Shown: positions 1-9,708 of the stretch, one piece after another
How the letters are laid out: every line of letters begins with the position of its first letter
Position numbering within the stretch: position 1 is the stretch's first letter
From: Nostoc sp. DedSLP01
GTDB lineage: Bacteria; Cyanobacteriota; Cyanobacteriia; Cyanobacteriales; Nostocaceae
NCBI GenBank assembly: GCA_034530875.2
Contig: JAVRCJ020000014.1
Span: 1-64,000, forward strand
Direction of reading: 5' to 3'
DNA: 64,000 nucleotides
Position numbers and translations under genes: made by a program
The notes under the pieces: generated by a model
The model's database searches: none
Seen by the model: only the letters and a program-made list of their open reading frames with translations
Told to the model about the DNA's origin: nothing

Positions 1-36
1 AGGCATATTATCAGCGAGGTTTAAGGGCTATGAAGC

Positions 37-339
37 TTATACAGCAAGCACTTTAGGGAGCTTGTCGCCCCTTGAAGTCTTAGTGCGTGCTGTTAATAAA
101 ATTACAGGCAATAAACGGAACATAGGTTGTTGACGCACCCGGCGCACTAGTTCATAGCCGTTCATCTGTGGCATGACGATATCGGTAACAATCAAATCGG
201 GATGATACTCATCCACCATAAGCAAAGCCTCTTGACCGTCATTAGCCGTAATTACAGAGTAGCCAGACAGTTCAAGATAGTCGCTAACAGACAAACGAGT
301 GCCCAGATCGTCATCTACTACAAGGATCTTCAAGGGCAT
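37..339 (-). pseudogene. Response regulator receiver domain, truncated or interrupted after ...LLTARTKT
   Basis: KILVVDDD, DLIVTDIVMP (phospho-Asp) and PVILLTA motifs are present. The final beta strand with the conserved Lys-Pro and any output domain are missing, replaced by 12 unrelated codons and a stop. Confidence 0.75.
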
Positions 340-712
340 GGACAGTACACCCCTAGCATTTTTTTTACACAGAAATTTGCTTTTACAGCTCCGTCAGCGA
401 ACACCGGAAAGAATAGTGTTCTTATGTTTCATACTATGACAGGATTACCAGCTAATGACTGCCTGAGGGTTGATTTATAAAGAAAGTATTAAATCCTTAG
501 GAAGGGTTAACGAAGTGTAACTTAGCTTAGATTCCAGATGCTTACGAGGCATGGAGAGCTTTGTAATTTGTAACAACTCATAAATAAGAAAGAGCAAATA
601 CTCACTATTATGTAAATTAATATTGAATTAATCAATAATTAGTCATTAGCCATTAGTCATTTGTCTAATAAAAATACCTTATGCCCCATACCCAATACCC
701 CATGACTTAAAT

Positions 713-735
713 CTAGGTAACTTTAAGTTACCTAG
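713..735. other. Perfect inverted repeat CTAGGTAAC-N5-GTTACCTAG between the divergent response regulator and smpB
   Basis: Seen directly; function unknown. Confidence 0.4.
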
Positions 736-873
736 AAATTTTTAATTAGGAAGTTAGAAAAGCTAAATTAGTAAAATACAGTTTAGCATTTATAGAGGTT
801 ATAAAATACACTTTATAATTTATAAACCAATCCAAAGAATTTTTTAGGCACATTTAAAGTAAATAAACGATCG

Positions 874-1341
874 ATGAGTGACAAGAACGAAGGTTACAAA
901 GTTATTAGCGACAATCGGCAAGCCCGTTATTTGTATGAAATTTTGGAAACTTACGAAGCTGGAATTCAGTTGACAGGAACCGAGGTGAAGTCAATTCGTG
1001 CGGGTAAAGTCAATCTCCAAGATGGCTATGCTTTGCTTCGCGATGGTGAAGCATGGCTGATCAATGTCCATATCTCACCTTATACGGCTAGCGGACAATA
1101 TTTTAATCACGAACCACGCCGTACACGCAAGCTGTTGCTGCATCGCCAAGAACTTCGCAAGCTAATAGGCAAAGTAGAACAGCAGGGTTTAACCTTAGTC
1201 CCTTTGAAAATGTATTTCAAACGAGGCTGGGTAAAAATCAGTATAGCTCTTGGCAAGGGTAAAAAGTTGCATGATAAGCGAGAAGACCTCAAACGACGCC
1301 AAGACCAGCGCGACATACAACGGGCGATGAAAAACTATTAA
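874..1341 (+). CDS. smpB: SsrA-binding protein SmpB
   Basis: NRQARYLYEILETYEAGIQLTGTEVKSIR, RKLLLH and GKKLHDKRE motifs. Confidence 0.98.
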   Translation: MSDKNEGYKVISDNRQARYLYEILETYEAGIQLTGTEVKSIRAGKVNLQDGYALLRDGEAWLINVHISPYTASGQYFNHEPRRTRKLLLHRQELRKLIGKVEQQGLTLVPLKMYFKRGWVKISIALGKGKKLHDKREDLKRRQDQRDIQRAMKNY

Positions 1342-1382
1342 TATCAAGAGGGAGCAGGGAACGGACAATAGCCAACAGCGAA

Positions 1383-1416
1383 ATCTCCATAATTAAAATT
1401 AGGAGATTTTTTTTTA
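1383..1416 (+). terminator. Likely intrinsic terminator after smpB
   Basis: ATCTCC...GGAGAT stem followed by a T run. Confidence 0.6.
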
Positions 1417-1731
1417 AGAGTTATTTAAAGTTAGCGAGTGATGCCATCTTGTTTCAAATATGCAATAATTTTGGGTAAAAAATGGCTTTAACCTTTGATA
1501 CGGAGCTAATTCTTCCCCAATTCTCTATTTTCTGTTAGCGCTGGAAAAGCTCGATCGGTTGGCCAAAATCCTATCATTAGAATGAAAAATTCATTGCTGA
1601 GACAAGCATTTTGTATATCTATAGCGTGATTTGTGAAAATGCTTAGTTTCTAGCCATAGATTGATTTAGCAAAGGTTGAAAGTCGATACATTAGTCAGTA
1701 ACTTTGGATAGCATCAGGGATTTTTTCAACT

Positions 1732-2022
1732 ATGAAAAGTAATTTCATTACAGCTCTTAGCGCTGGGGTTCTCAGTTTGAGTATGGGCATTTTGCCATTC
1801 ACCGTATCTGCACAAGCTCAAACAAATACCGATACTGGATCTACAACTTCTCCAACAACGACGACCACTTACGATCGCAACAATAATAATGGTTTTGATT
1901 GGGGTTGGTTGGGATTACTTGGTCTATTGGGTCTAGCTGGTTTGACTGGCAAAAAACGTGACGATGAAACAACCCGCAATCGCGGCTCCAATCCTCCAAT
2001 CCCGACTAACTACGTAGACTAA
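1732..2022 (+). CDS. Small secreted protein with WGxxGxxG-type C-terminal membrane anchor
   Basis: Signal peptide (..VSAQAQ), Thr-rich linker, then FDWGWLGLLGLLGLAGLTGKKR. Confidence 0.85.
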   Translation: MKSNFITALSAGVLSLSMGILPFTVSAQAQTNTDTGSTTSPTTTTTYDRNNNNGFDWGWLGLLGLLGLAGLTGKKRDDETTRNRGSNPPIPTNYVD

Positions 2023-2060
2023 TAGAATTTTGTCTTGGAAATCATTTTTAAAATTCAAAT

Positions 2061-2096
2061 AATTGTCAGTTGCGATCGGGAAAACAACTGACAATT
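2061..2096. terminator. Hairpin between convergent genes, likely bidirectional terminator
   Basis: AATTGTCAGTTG...CAACTGACAATT. Confidence 0.55.
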
Positions 2097-2104
2097 TATT
2101 AATG

Positions 2105-3520
2105 TTAGCTTGCAGCCAATTCTGAATTAGATGAATTGGTTTTGTTTTGAGTTAATGGCGTCCAATAGCTAGAAATTAAGGCAACTATCAACCACCAGAG
2201 GGTATTGACTTCGGGACGATACCAAACAGTATCTACAGTACCGTGAGCTAGCATACCCAACAAAATAGCGATCGCTCCAATTAACCAAAATCCCTCTATG
2301 TTTCTCAGTTGTCGCAATCGTCGTATTTGCAACAATGCTGTATTTAATGCGACGATTATCAACCACAGAAAACAGGCTAAACCAACAAAACCAGTTTCTA
2401 CAGCCACCTCCAGCAAAATTGAATAGGCGCTCAAAGCTGTATAACGAGGACGTTGGTATAGGGGATAAACTTTATTAAAAGAGTTATGGCCGGGGCCTAT
2501 ACCTAAGATCGGGCGATCGCGAATCATCTCAAAGACAGCATCCCACACATTGCGACGGAAATTATTACTGCTATCTTGGCGATCGGCAAAAATACTAAAT
2601 ACCCGCAGGCGTACTGGTTCTACAAATATCACTGCTATTAGCAATACTCCAATCAAGCCTCCCAAGACGATGGGTAGCGACCAAGTACGCAAAAAAGGAG
2701 GCATTTCTATACTCTTCCAATAAACTAACAATGCCATCGCTGTTAAAGTTGCTACCACGAGTCCAATCCAACCACCACGACTAAAAGTCAGAATTAAGCA
2801 GGCAGCGTTGACAACGAACATTGTTAATGCCAAGGCTTTTTTGAGCCAGCCTTGCCATGCAAAGATTGCCACTAAGCTAAAAATTACCGCTGGTAGCAGG
2901 TAGCCAGCCAACAAATTAGGATTGCCTAAATAACTGTAGACCCTTGTTGTCTTGGACAAAGGAGATTGTGTGTCAACCCAAGTTGCCAGTTGTGCGGCTC
3001 CAAAAAACCATTGTCGCATACCATACACGCTGACAATTAAGGATACGTGCAGGTATAGGATGATAATCCAAGACCGGAGGCGAGGTGACCTTAATACCCT
3101 GGCGCAAAGGGCAAATAGTAGCAAATACAGGCTCAAGGTTGCTAAATCATTCAGCGCTGCCTTTTTGACTGGTGATAACGCTGTTGCTACTGCCGCAATT
3201 CCCCAGTAGAGCAATACCAACAGATGAATAGGAGTGAATGACGGGACATTTGTTGTTGTTTCATCGGATAAAGTCAACAGTAGCCAAAATCCCGCACAAG
3301 CCACCAGCAACAAACCAATCAAGGTACTGGAAGTAAAAGGTGCAAGGGCATACACCAAGCTCAGTAGTGCAGCGGCGATGGAATCTCCCCACTGTATCAA
3401 GACGCTGGTTTGCCGCCAAGAACTCAACGCTCCCACCAGAGAACGGTGGACGTAACTGGAGGCGAGATATTCTTTAACCGATAAAGATGATAAGGTAAAT
3501 CGTTGCCAGACTAAATTCAT
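2105..3520 (-). CDS. ictB: IctB family / O-antigen ligase-like membrane protein
   Basis: Multi-TM; RVYSYLGNPNLLAGYL, LTFSRGGW, DSSNNFRRNVW and GIGPG motifs. Confidence 0.9.
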   Translation of the reverse strand: MNLVWQRFTLSSLSVKEYLASSYVHRSLVGALSSWRQTSVLIQWGDSIAAALLSLVYALAPFTSSTLIGLLLVACAGFWLLLTLSDETTTNVPSFTPIHLLVLLYWGIAAVATALSPVKKAALNDLATLSLYLLLFALCARVLRSPRLRSWIIILYLHVSLIVSVYGMRQWFFGAAQLATWVDTQSPLSKTTRVYSYLGNPNLLAGYLLPAVIFSLVAIFAWQGWLKKALALTMFVVNAACLILTFSRGGWIGLVVATLTAMALLVYWKSIEMPPFLRTWSLPIVLGGLIGVLLIAVIFVEPVRLRVFSIFADRQDSSNNFRRNVWDAVFEMIRDRPILGIGPGHNSFNKVYPLYQRPRYTALSAYSILLEVAVETGFVGLACFLWLIIVALNTALLQIRRLRQLRNIEGFWLIGAIAILLGMLAHGTVDTVWYRPEVNTLWWLIVALISSYWTPLTQNKTNSSNSELAAS

Positions 3521-3779
3521 AAAAAACATTGCGATCGATTAGCCTGCCTACGCAGAACTTGGAATCGATCATAATGCGTATAGCTATAAAAAGGTAATAA
3601 TGTAGATTACAAATTAGTGATGGCGCTCTGATTCATAGCCATCAGTTCCACCTTTAATTCCAAAGCACTTCAGCTAATACTAACAAAAGATAGCTATTGA
3701 TTAACCCTTCATCTATTTCACAAACAATAAATTGATGGAAAATACTCCTTTCTTAATCCCCAATCCCCATTTTTTGGCA

Positions 3780-5339
3780 TCAAACATCGCTAATTACTTG
3801 TGAGGGAGTTGCCAGTTGCAGTGGCAAAGAAAGTACGTAACGATATCCTGATTCTGGCGAACCTTGAATCAAAATTTGTCCGCCATGCAACTCTGCCAAC
3901 TGGCAACTTAGCAACAGACCCAAGCTTTCGCGAGAAAGACTGCCGTTAGCTTTAGTTAAATTTATACCAGAATTAGCAGCTAAGAAATCTGGTTGGGAAT
4001 CGTTTAAGTTTTTTAACTTGTCTACTGCTACTGGTAAAATATCTGCTTGCTCCTGGCTTTCTTTGCGAGAGTTGTAATTTGCTACTTCACCTGTCAGTTC
4101 CAATAATGACAGGGAATTGAGGCGGAAATAAGGATCGACCTCAGTGATACCGTCTCCCAGCCAAGGATGAGAAACCCAAATAGTAACGTTGAGGGTATCT
4201 TCCTTGTAAGAGACATGAATGCGAACAACGCTACCTGTCGCCGAAAGTTGAATGACGCTAAAAACTAGGTGATACAAGATTTGTCGCACCTTGTCTTTAT
4301 CTAAAGGCCAAATGCGATTGCGTCCGGGTTCTATGGAAAGGCGAATATCTTGGTCGCGGCGATTAGCCGCTTCTTCTAAGGTATTGATAGCTTGCTGACA
4401 CAGCATTTCAATATCCACAGGAGCCAGATTTAGCACAGTTGAGTTGTCGTCAATAGTTCCTAGTTCGGTAATTTCGTTGACTAGAGAAAGTAAGTACCGA
4501 CCGCTGTGTTGGATAATTTCTAAATATTCTCTCTGTTTAGTTGTCAAAGGCCCGTAAATTTCACGTCCTAGAACGCTAGCCATGCCAAGTACAGACGTTA
4601 AGGGCGTCCGTAACTCGTGAGTTAGCTGTTCCAAAAGTTGCAGTTTCAGTTGCTTGGTAGAAACAGAGTCAGTTTCTAAACTGGCTGGGGTGATTTTAAT
4701 CTCAGTGTTACGTTCTTCGTTGAGTGAAAACATCGGAGCGATCGCCGGAGTACTTGACTCGAATCTCCCTTGCAGGAGCCGATTACGCTCAAACTCACTC
4801 ATACTCCAACGAGCAATGATTTGTAAAAACTCAATGTCTCGGTTTGTAAAATTGCGCGGTACTAAATCCATCACCGCTAATGCGCCTAAACAATGTCCGG
4901 ATGCATCAATCAGTGGCGCTCCTAAATAGGCACGAATCCCATAATCCTGCACTAATTTGCTGTTAGCCAATATTGGATCCGTAAGTTTATGCGTATCATT
5001 AATTACGAATATTTGAAAACTCTCTACTACTTGGGTGCAAAAAGATTCTCTGCGAGAGAGTTGACGGCTTTGTGCCAAATGATTCATTAATCCCAGTCTT
5101 GATAAGCCCACCGCCGACTTAAACCAATGGCGTTCTTGATCCACAAATCCCAAAATGGAGATTGGTGCTTCCAAAAAGTGGGCAGCAGTTTGAGTGGCTT
5201 CTTCAAAAACTGGAATTGTTTCTGGTTGTCGCAAACCTAGATCCGACAAAGCTTTTAGGCGTTGTTGTTCTCTTGTTTCCTGAGAAGTCCAACCATCCTT
5301 GAGGGCAAATAATTTGTTTTCAGGCTCTACCATTGCCAC
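3780..5339 (-). CDS. GAF-domain sensor histidine kinase-like protein with divergent ATPase domain
   Basis: GAF (SFCTQVV, IRAYLGAPL, GALAVMD) and H-box THELRTPLTSV; N and G boxes degenerate. Confidence 0.85.
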   Translation of the reverse strand: MAMVEPENKLFALKDGWTSQETREQQRLKALSDLGLRQPETIPVFEEATQTAAHFLEAPISILGFVDQERHWFKSAVGLSRLGLMNHLAQSRQLSRRESFCTQVVESFQIFVINDTHKLTDPILANSKLVQDYGIRAYLGAPLIDASGHCLGALAVMDLVPRNFTNRDIEFLQIIARWSMSEFERNRLLQGRFESSTPAIAPMFSLNEERNTEIKITPASLETDSVSTKQLKLQLLEQLTHELRTPLTSVLGMASVLGREIYGPLTTKQREYLEIIQHSGRYLLSLVNEITELGTIDDNSTVLNLAPVDIEMLCQQAINTLEEAANRRDQDIRLSIEPGRNRIWPLDKDKVRQILYHLVFSVIQLSATGSVVRIHVSYKEDTLNVTIWVSHPWLGDGITEVDPYFRLNSLSLLELTGEVANYNSRKESQEQADILPVAVDKLKNLNDSQPDFLAANSGINLTKANGSLSRESLGLLLSCQLAELHGGQILIQGSPESGYRYVLSLPLQLATPSQVISDV

Positions 5340-6268
5340 TGCTACCTTAATAATTTCTCGAAACTGTAAATTGATATATGCCCTATTTCTGGGTTATCAA
5401 TTGCTATTTTTAAGCATTCCCTAATTTTGTCTCTGACAAACAAGTTTAAGGCAAAAATTTTTTACCTCTTGCATTAAGTCGGCGGTGGTGTCTCCACAAG
5501 TTACTATTTAGTGGTACTGAATGTTCTTTATTTATCATTGCCCTAGTCTCTATTACTTGAGATTTTGCAATCGGACTACGTTAGATTTTGATTCAGCCAG
5601 GGTAACCTAATCTTAAGGATACAATACAAAGGGTCTGTGATTATTGAGTACAGAAGCAAAAATTTCTATTAGTATATTTAGCGTAAATTTACTTAAAAAA
5701 TATAAAACAATGTAATTTTTGCTAACAATTTTTACCGATGGCAGCTAGTACTGCTGGGTGACTTCAAAATTCCAAATTTGTCTGAGAAATTTTCGGTACT
5801 ACATTGGAGAACTGGCAAGGTGTTTTTGAGTTTCGCAAACATTGAGCTACTAACATCGGGTCTTTTGTCTTAAAGCAAGCCGCATCTCAAGATTTGGAAA
5901 CTAACACAATCTGCTCTGAGTAAGCTACAGAGACACTTTATGGAGATTTCAAATATTTTATATTTTCTGGCTTAGAGGAGATTATTGTCCCTAAAAAATA
6001 CAAGATAGTAAATCAGAATAAAACCTAGAAACAACCCTCAAAATGAAGATATATTTCTACATAGTTTCTTGTTTCAGCTAGTTTATAGAAACAAATCAAA
6101 CCTATTACAATTTATCTGTAATAATTGTGCCTAAAATTTATTTCTTTCTAGTAGTATTTTCTTGCTCTGGCAAACAATAGCGGCGGATTACGCCCTAGAT
6201 TTTTAAATTTCTTTTGTAACCATCTGCAATTCAAGACAACTAAATCACTAAGGTGAGGAGAATTCATC

Positions 6269-7429
6269 ATGAATAAAATAGCTGTTAGAGTTCCTTTTGT
6301 AGACCTGAAGTTACAACACGAACCAATTCAAGAACAACTGCAAAATGCAATCCAATCTGTTTTGGAAAAAGGGGATTTTGTTTTAGGGCAAGCACTTGCA
6401 GATTTTGAAGCAGCTTTTGCGGCTGTGTCTGGGGGAGAATATGGGGTTGGCGTGGCTTCGGGAACAGATGCGATCGCTTTAGGATTGCAAGCGTGTAATA
6501 TTGGTGCTGGCGATGAGGTGATTTTACCAGCCAACACTTTTGTTGCAACCTTGATTGGAGTCTTACGCGCTGGTGCGAAGCCGATTTTGGTAGATTGCGA
6601 CCGCCAAACAGCTTTAATTGATTTAGAAGCAGCAGCCAAGGCAATTACGCCTCATACTAAAGCAATTATTCCCGTGCATCTCTACGGGCAAATGGTATCA
6701 CCCAAAGAACTATTTAAATTTGCCGATACCTACAAAGTACTCATTTTTGAAGATGCAGCCCAAGCACACCTCGCCCAAAGAGACGGATATCATGCTGGTT
6801 CAGTGGGAATAGCAGCAGCTTTCAGTTTCTACCCCAGCAAAAATTTGGGAGCATTTGGCGATGGGGGAATGGTGGTAACACGAAATTCCGATGTCGCTCA
6901 GAAGATGGTGCGTTTGCGAAATTATGGTGCATCGCAAAAATATTTTCACACTGAACCAGGCACAAATAGCCGCTTGGATACCTTGCAAGCAGCTATCTTG
7001 CACCAGAAACTACCATATTTGCCACAGTGGAATCGCGATCGCTTAACTGTTGCCGAACAATACGATCGAGAACTAGCACCTTTAGCAACTGCTGGCATTA
7101 TCCCACTAGAAAATCAAAGTGGTGCGGGACATGTCTATCATCTTTATGTCATTAGAGTTGATGAGTCTTGCTCAATAGAACGCCAGCAACTCCAAGAACA
7201 GCTAACAGCAGCCGGAATTCAAACAGGTATTCATTATCCAATACCTTGCCATCTCCAGCCAGCATTCACCTACTTGGGTTATCAGCCAGGAGATTTTCCC
7301 CAAGCGGAAAAGTTATCAAAGCAAATATTATCATTACCTATGTATCCTGGTTTGACCAGCAGCCAAATTAAAGAAGTTGTAGCCGCGGTCGGCAATGCAG
7401 TTTCACAGTCATTAGTCATTAGTCATTAG
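6269..7429 (+). CDS. DegT/DnrJ/EryC1/StrS PLP-dependent sugar aminotransferase
   Basis: SGTDA, PVHLYGQ, EDAAQAH, FSFYPSKNLGAFGDGG and NSRLD motifs. Confidence 0.95.
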   Translation: MNKIAVRVPFVDLKLQHEPIQEQLQNAIQSVLEKGDFVLGQALADFEAAFAAVSGGEYGVGVASGTDAIALGLQACNIGAGDEVILPANTFVATLIGVLRAGAKPILVDCDRQTALIDLEAAAKAITPHTKAIIPVHLYGQMVSPKELFKFADTYKVLIFEDAAQAHLAQRDGYHAGSVGIAAAFSFYPSKNLGAFGDGGMVVTRNSDVAQKMVRLRNYGASQKYFHTEPGTNSRLDTLQAAILHQKLPYLPQWNRDRLTVAEQYDRELAPLATAGIIPLENQSGAGHVYHLYVIRVDESCSIERQQLQEQLTAAGIQTGIHYPIPCHLQPAFTYLGYQPGDFPQAEKLSKQILSLPMYPGLTSSQIKEVVAAVGNAVSQSLVISH

Positions 7430-7504
7430 TCATTAGTCATTTATCTATAAATAATGTCCGATGCTCGATGCCCCATGCCCCATGCCCAATAATTAATTAA
7501 AATC

Positions 7505-8401
7505 ATGGCACTCCAGCAACAGATTAAAAACAGAAACGTGTCAGGCTTGTTAAATTTGGCCATTCTAAGCGTTTTGCTGCTGCTTTATGCTCCTATATTG
7601 TTACATTGGTTGGATGGTTGGCTGCACAAAAATATCAGTACAGAACACGAATATTTCAGTCACGGGATTATTGGCCTCCCATTTGCGGCTTATTTAGGCT
7701 GGACGAACCGGAAACAGTGGGTACGTTTGCCAGATACTATCAATCCTTTGGGTGGTGTTTTATTGTTATTAGGAGGAGTATTTTATCTTAGCGGTGTTAC
7801 AGAGTGTGTTAATCTTTCCTTGCCTGTAATACTAGCGGGGTTGTGCTTGTGGTTTAAAGGAATATCGGGTTTGCGATCGCAAGCATTTCCGCTATTACTG
7901 GTATTTTTGGCAACCCCAACTTCTGTACCCTACCTGATTGCTCCTTATACCTTACCTCTTCAAAGTTTCATCGCTGGCACAGCAGGCTTCATACTGAATC
8001 AATTTGGTATGGAAGTAACTGTGGATGAGATAAATCTCTACGTGGGAGGTCGAATTGTCGAAGTTGCCCCTTATTGTGCGGGGCTAAAAATGTTGTTTAC
8101 CACCCTCTACGTCGGCTTGATGTTGCTTTATTGGACAGGCTCGTTATCTTCACGCCGCACGACTATATACTTTTTATCTCTTGCTGTAATAATTAGTATT
8201 ACTGCCAATATTATTCGTAACACCTTACTGACTTTTTTTCACGGCACAGGTAAAGAAGCAGCTTTTACATGGCTCCATGATGGTTGGGGTGGTGACCTCT
8301 ATTCTGCTTGTATGCTCGTGTCATTAGTACCATTGCTGAATTGGATGAATAACTATTTTTCACCGTCTCTAGAAACTGGAGAAACTGGTGATGGGGCATA
8401 G
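7505..8401 (+). CDS. crtB: Cyanoexosortase B (exosortase family transpeptidase)
   Basis: EYFSHG, VEVAPYCAG (catalytic Cys), ANIIR (Arg) and WLHDGWG (His); multi-TM. Confidence 0.88.
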   Translation: MALQQQIKNRNVSGLLNLAILSVLLLLYAPILLHWLDGWLHKNISTEHEYFSHGIIGLPFAAYLGWTNRKQWVRLPDTINPLGGVLLLLGGVFYLSGVTECVNLSLPVILAGLCLWFKGISGLRSQAFPLLLVFLATPTSVPYLIAPYTLPLQSFIAGTAGFILNQFGMEVTVDEINLYVGGRIVEVAPYCAGLKMLFTTLYVGLMLLYWTGSLSSRRTTIYFLSLAVIISITANIIRNTLLTFFHGTGKEAAFTWLHDGWGGDLYSACMLVSLVPLLNWMNNYFSPSLETGETGDGA

Positions 8402-8416
8402 GGAATGGGTCAGCAA

Positions 8417-8572
8417 CAGGGTGTAGGGGGTAGGGTGTAGGGTGTAGTGAAGACGGTGTTGGAAGGGGCTTGAAACTCCTACCAACACAATGCCCGCGTA
8501 TAGCAGGGCTTGTACCCACTGGTTGTTGGGGCTATTTTTCCCGACACCCCACACCCCACACCCCGCCCCAAC
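8417..8572. repeat. Composite intergenic element: GGGTGTA heptamers and inverted CACCCCA heptamers around an internal hairpin
   Basis: Seen directly. Confidence 0.6.
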
Positions 8573-8736
8573 GGGGCTTGGTCAAATAGGGAGGATGGGG
8601 AAGAAATCTTTCCCCCGTCTTCTCATACTTCCCTGTTACCAATCATCAGTTCCCAGCCCCTAACTCCTAAATATTACTGAACTCATAGTGTAATTTTTCA
8701 ATGTAAACTTTTGCCTAAGTATTGCAATTTTTACTG

Positions 8737-9459
8737 ATGATTTCCTTATCTAAATTTTTCAAAGAAAACCAACTCAGTCAAGTAACAGCACTTTTGTTAT
8801 TGCTACTGCTGTTGGCAATGGGAGGAGTTCCTGGATACTTGACAGGACACTGGCAATGGAAACAGCCGCCTCCTGTGGCACATCTCAAGGAGTTAAAACA
8901 AATCCGCAAGGCTGGATTAATTGTTCCTGGTTGGCAAACTATCGAACAAGCAGAACAGCAAATTGGCGAACATAAATGGTCTTTGCAGGTAATTAAAAAA
9001 GAAGGTGCCGAAACTCAAGCAATCGTACTTTTACTGCCGCAAAACGGGCCTAGCGATCGACCAGAAGTAGAGTGGACAGAGATTAACGGTTGGGGAAGGT
9101 CGCGCTGGGGAAAATGGGATGTAGCTCAATATCGTGCTGCTGAATTTTCTGTCAAACCTTCTGTTAAGTTGGCTGCTAATGGTGAAACGAAAGTAGAAGC
9201 TAGGTTCTTTCGTGCCTCGACGCCGCAGCAAACCTTTGCTGTTTTGCAATGGTACGCTATGCCCAACGGCGGAAATCCATCACCTTTTCCTTGGTTCGTT
9301 GCAGACCAATTGTCACAGTGGCGTAAACAGCGCACTCCTTGGGTGAGCGTAAGCATTCTAATTCCTATGGAACCATTGGGACAAGTAGAAACATCTTGGT
9401 CTGTAGCCCAGTCTCTTGGGGAAACGGTGCAAGCTGCATTGATGGCATTGCCTATATAA
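8737..9459 (+). CDS. Cyanoexosortase B system-associated protein
   Basis: N-terminal TM segment, PGYLTGHWQW, TFAVLQWYA; directly downstream of the exosortase. Confidence 0.8.
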   Translation: MISLSKFFKENQLSQVTALLLLLLLLAMGGVPGYLTGHWQWKQPPPVAHLKELKQIRKAGLIVPGWQTIEQAEQQIGEHKWSLQVIKKEGAETQAIVLLLPQNGPSDRPEVEWTEINGWGRSRWGKWDVAQYRAAEFSVKPSVKLAANGETKVEARFFRASTPQQTFAVLQWYAMPNGGNPSPFPWFVADQLSQWRKQRTPWVSVSILIPMEPLGQVETSWSVAQSLGETVQAALMALPI

Positions 9460-9708
9460 ATGTTAAAGCTAGATGATGCAGAGTTTAGAAAAGTATTTGG
9501 GCAATCGCCCCATAGCTCCAACTCAGTTAAAAGATATTCAATAATATGAAGCTAGCAATTAGAATTGACACAATTTTTCGGCTTTTTCTTGGTAAATTCT
9601 TGTAGACAAAAGAGACATTGAGTACATTTTTAGGGTAAAATAACGAGTCGGGGCGACTATTATTACATAAGTTTTCCTGCACCGATGTTGATAACTCCCA
9701 GTTCTTAT

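Noticed and set aside
717..731. NtcA box in the palindrome upstream of smpB
   Set aside because: Spacing is GTA-N9-TAC, not N8
874..1730. tmRNA (ssrA) next to smpB
   Set aside because: No tRNA-like GGGGC...CCA ends or tag reading frame recognised
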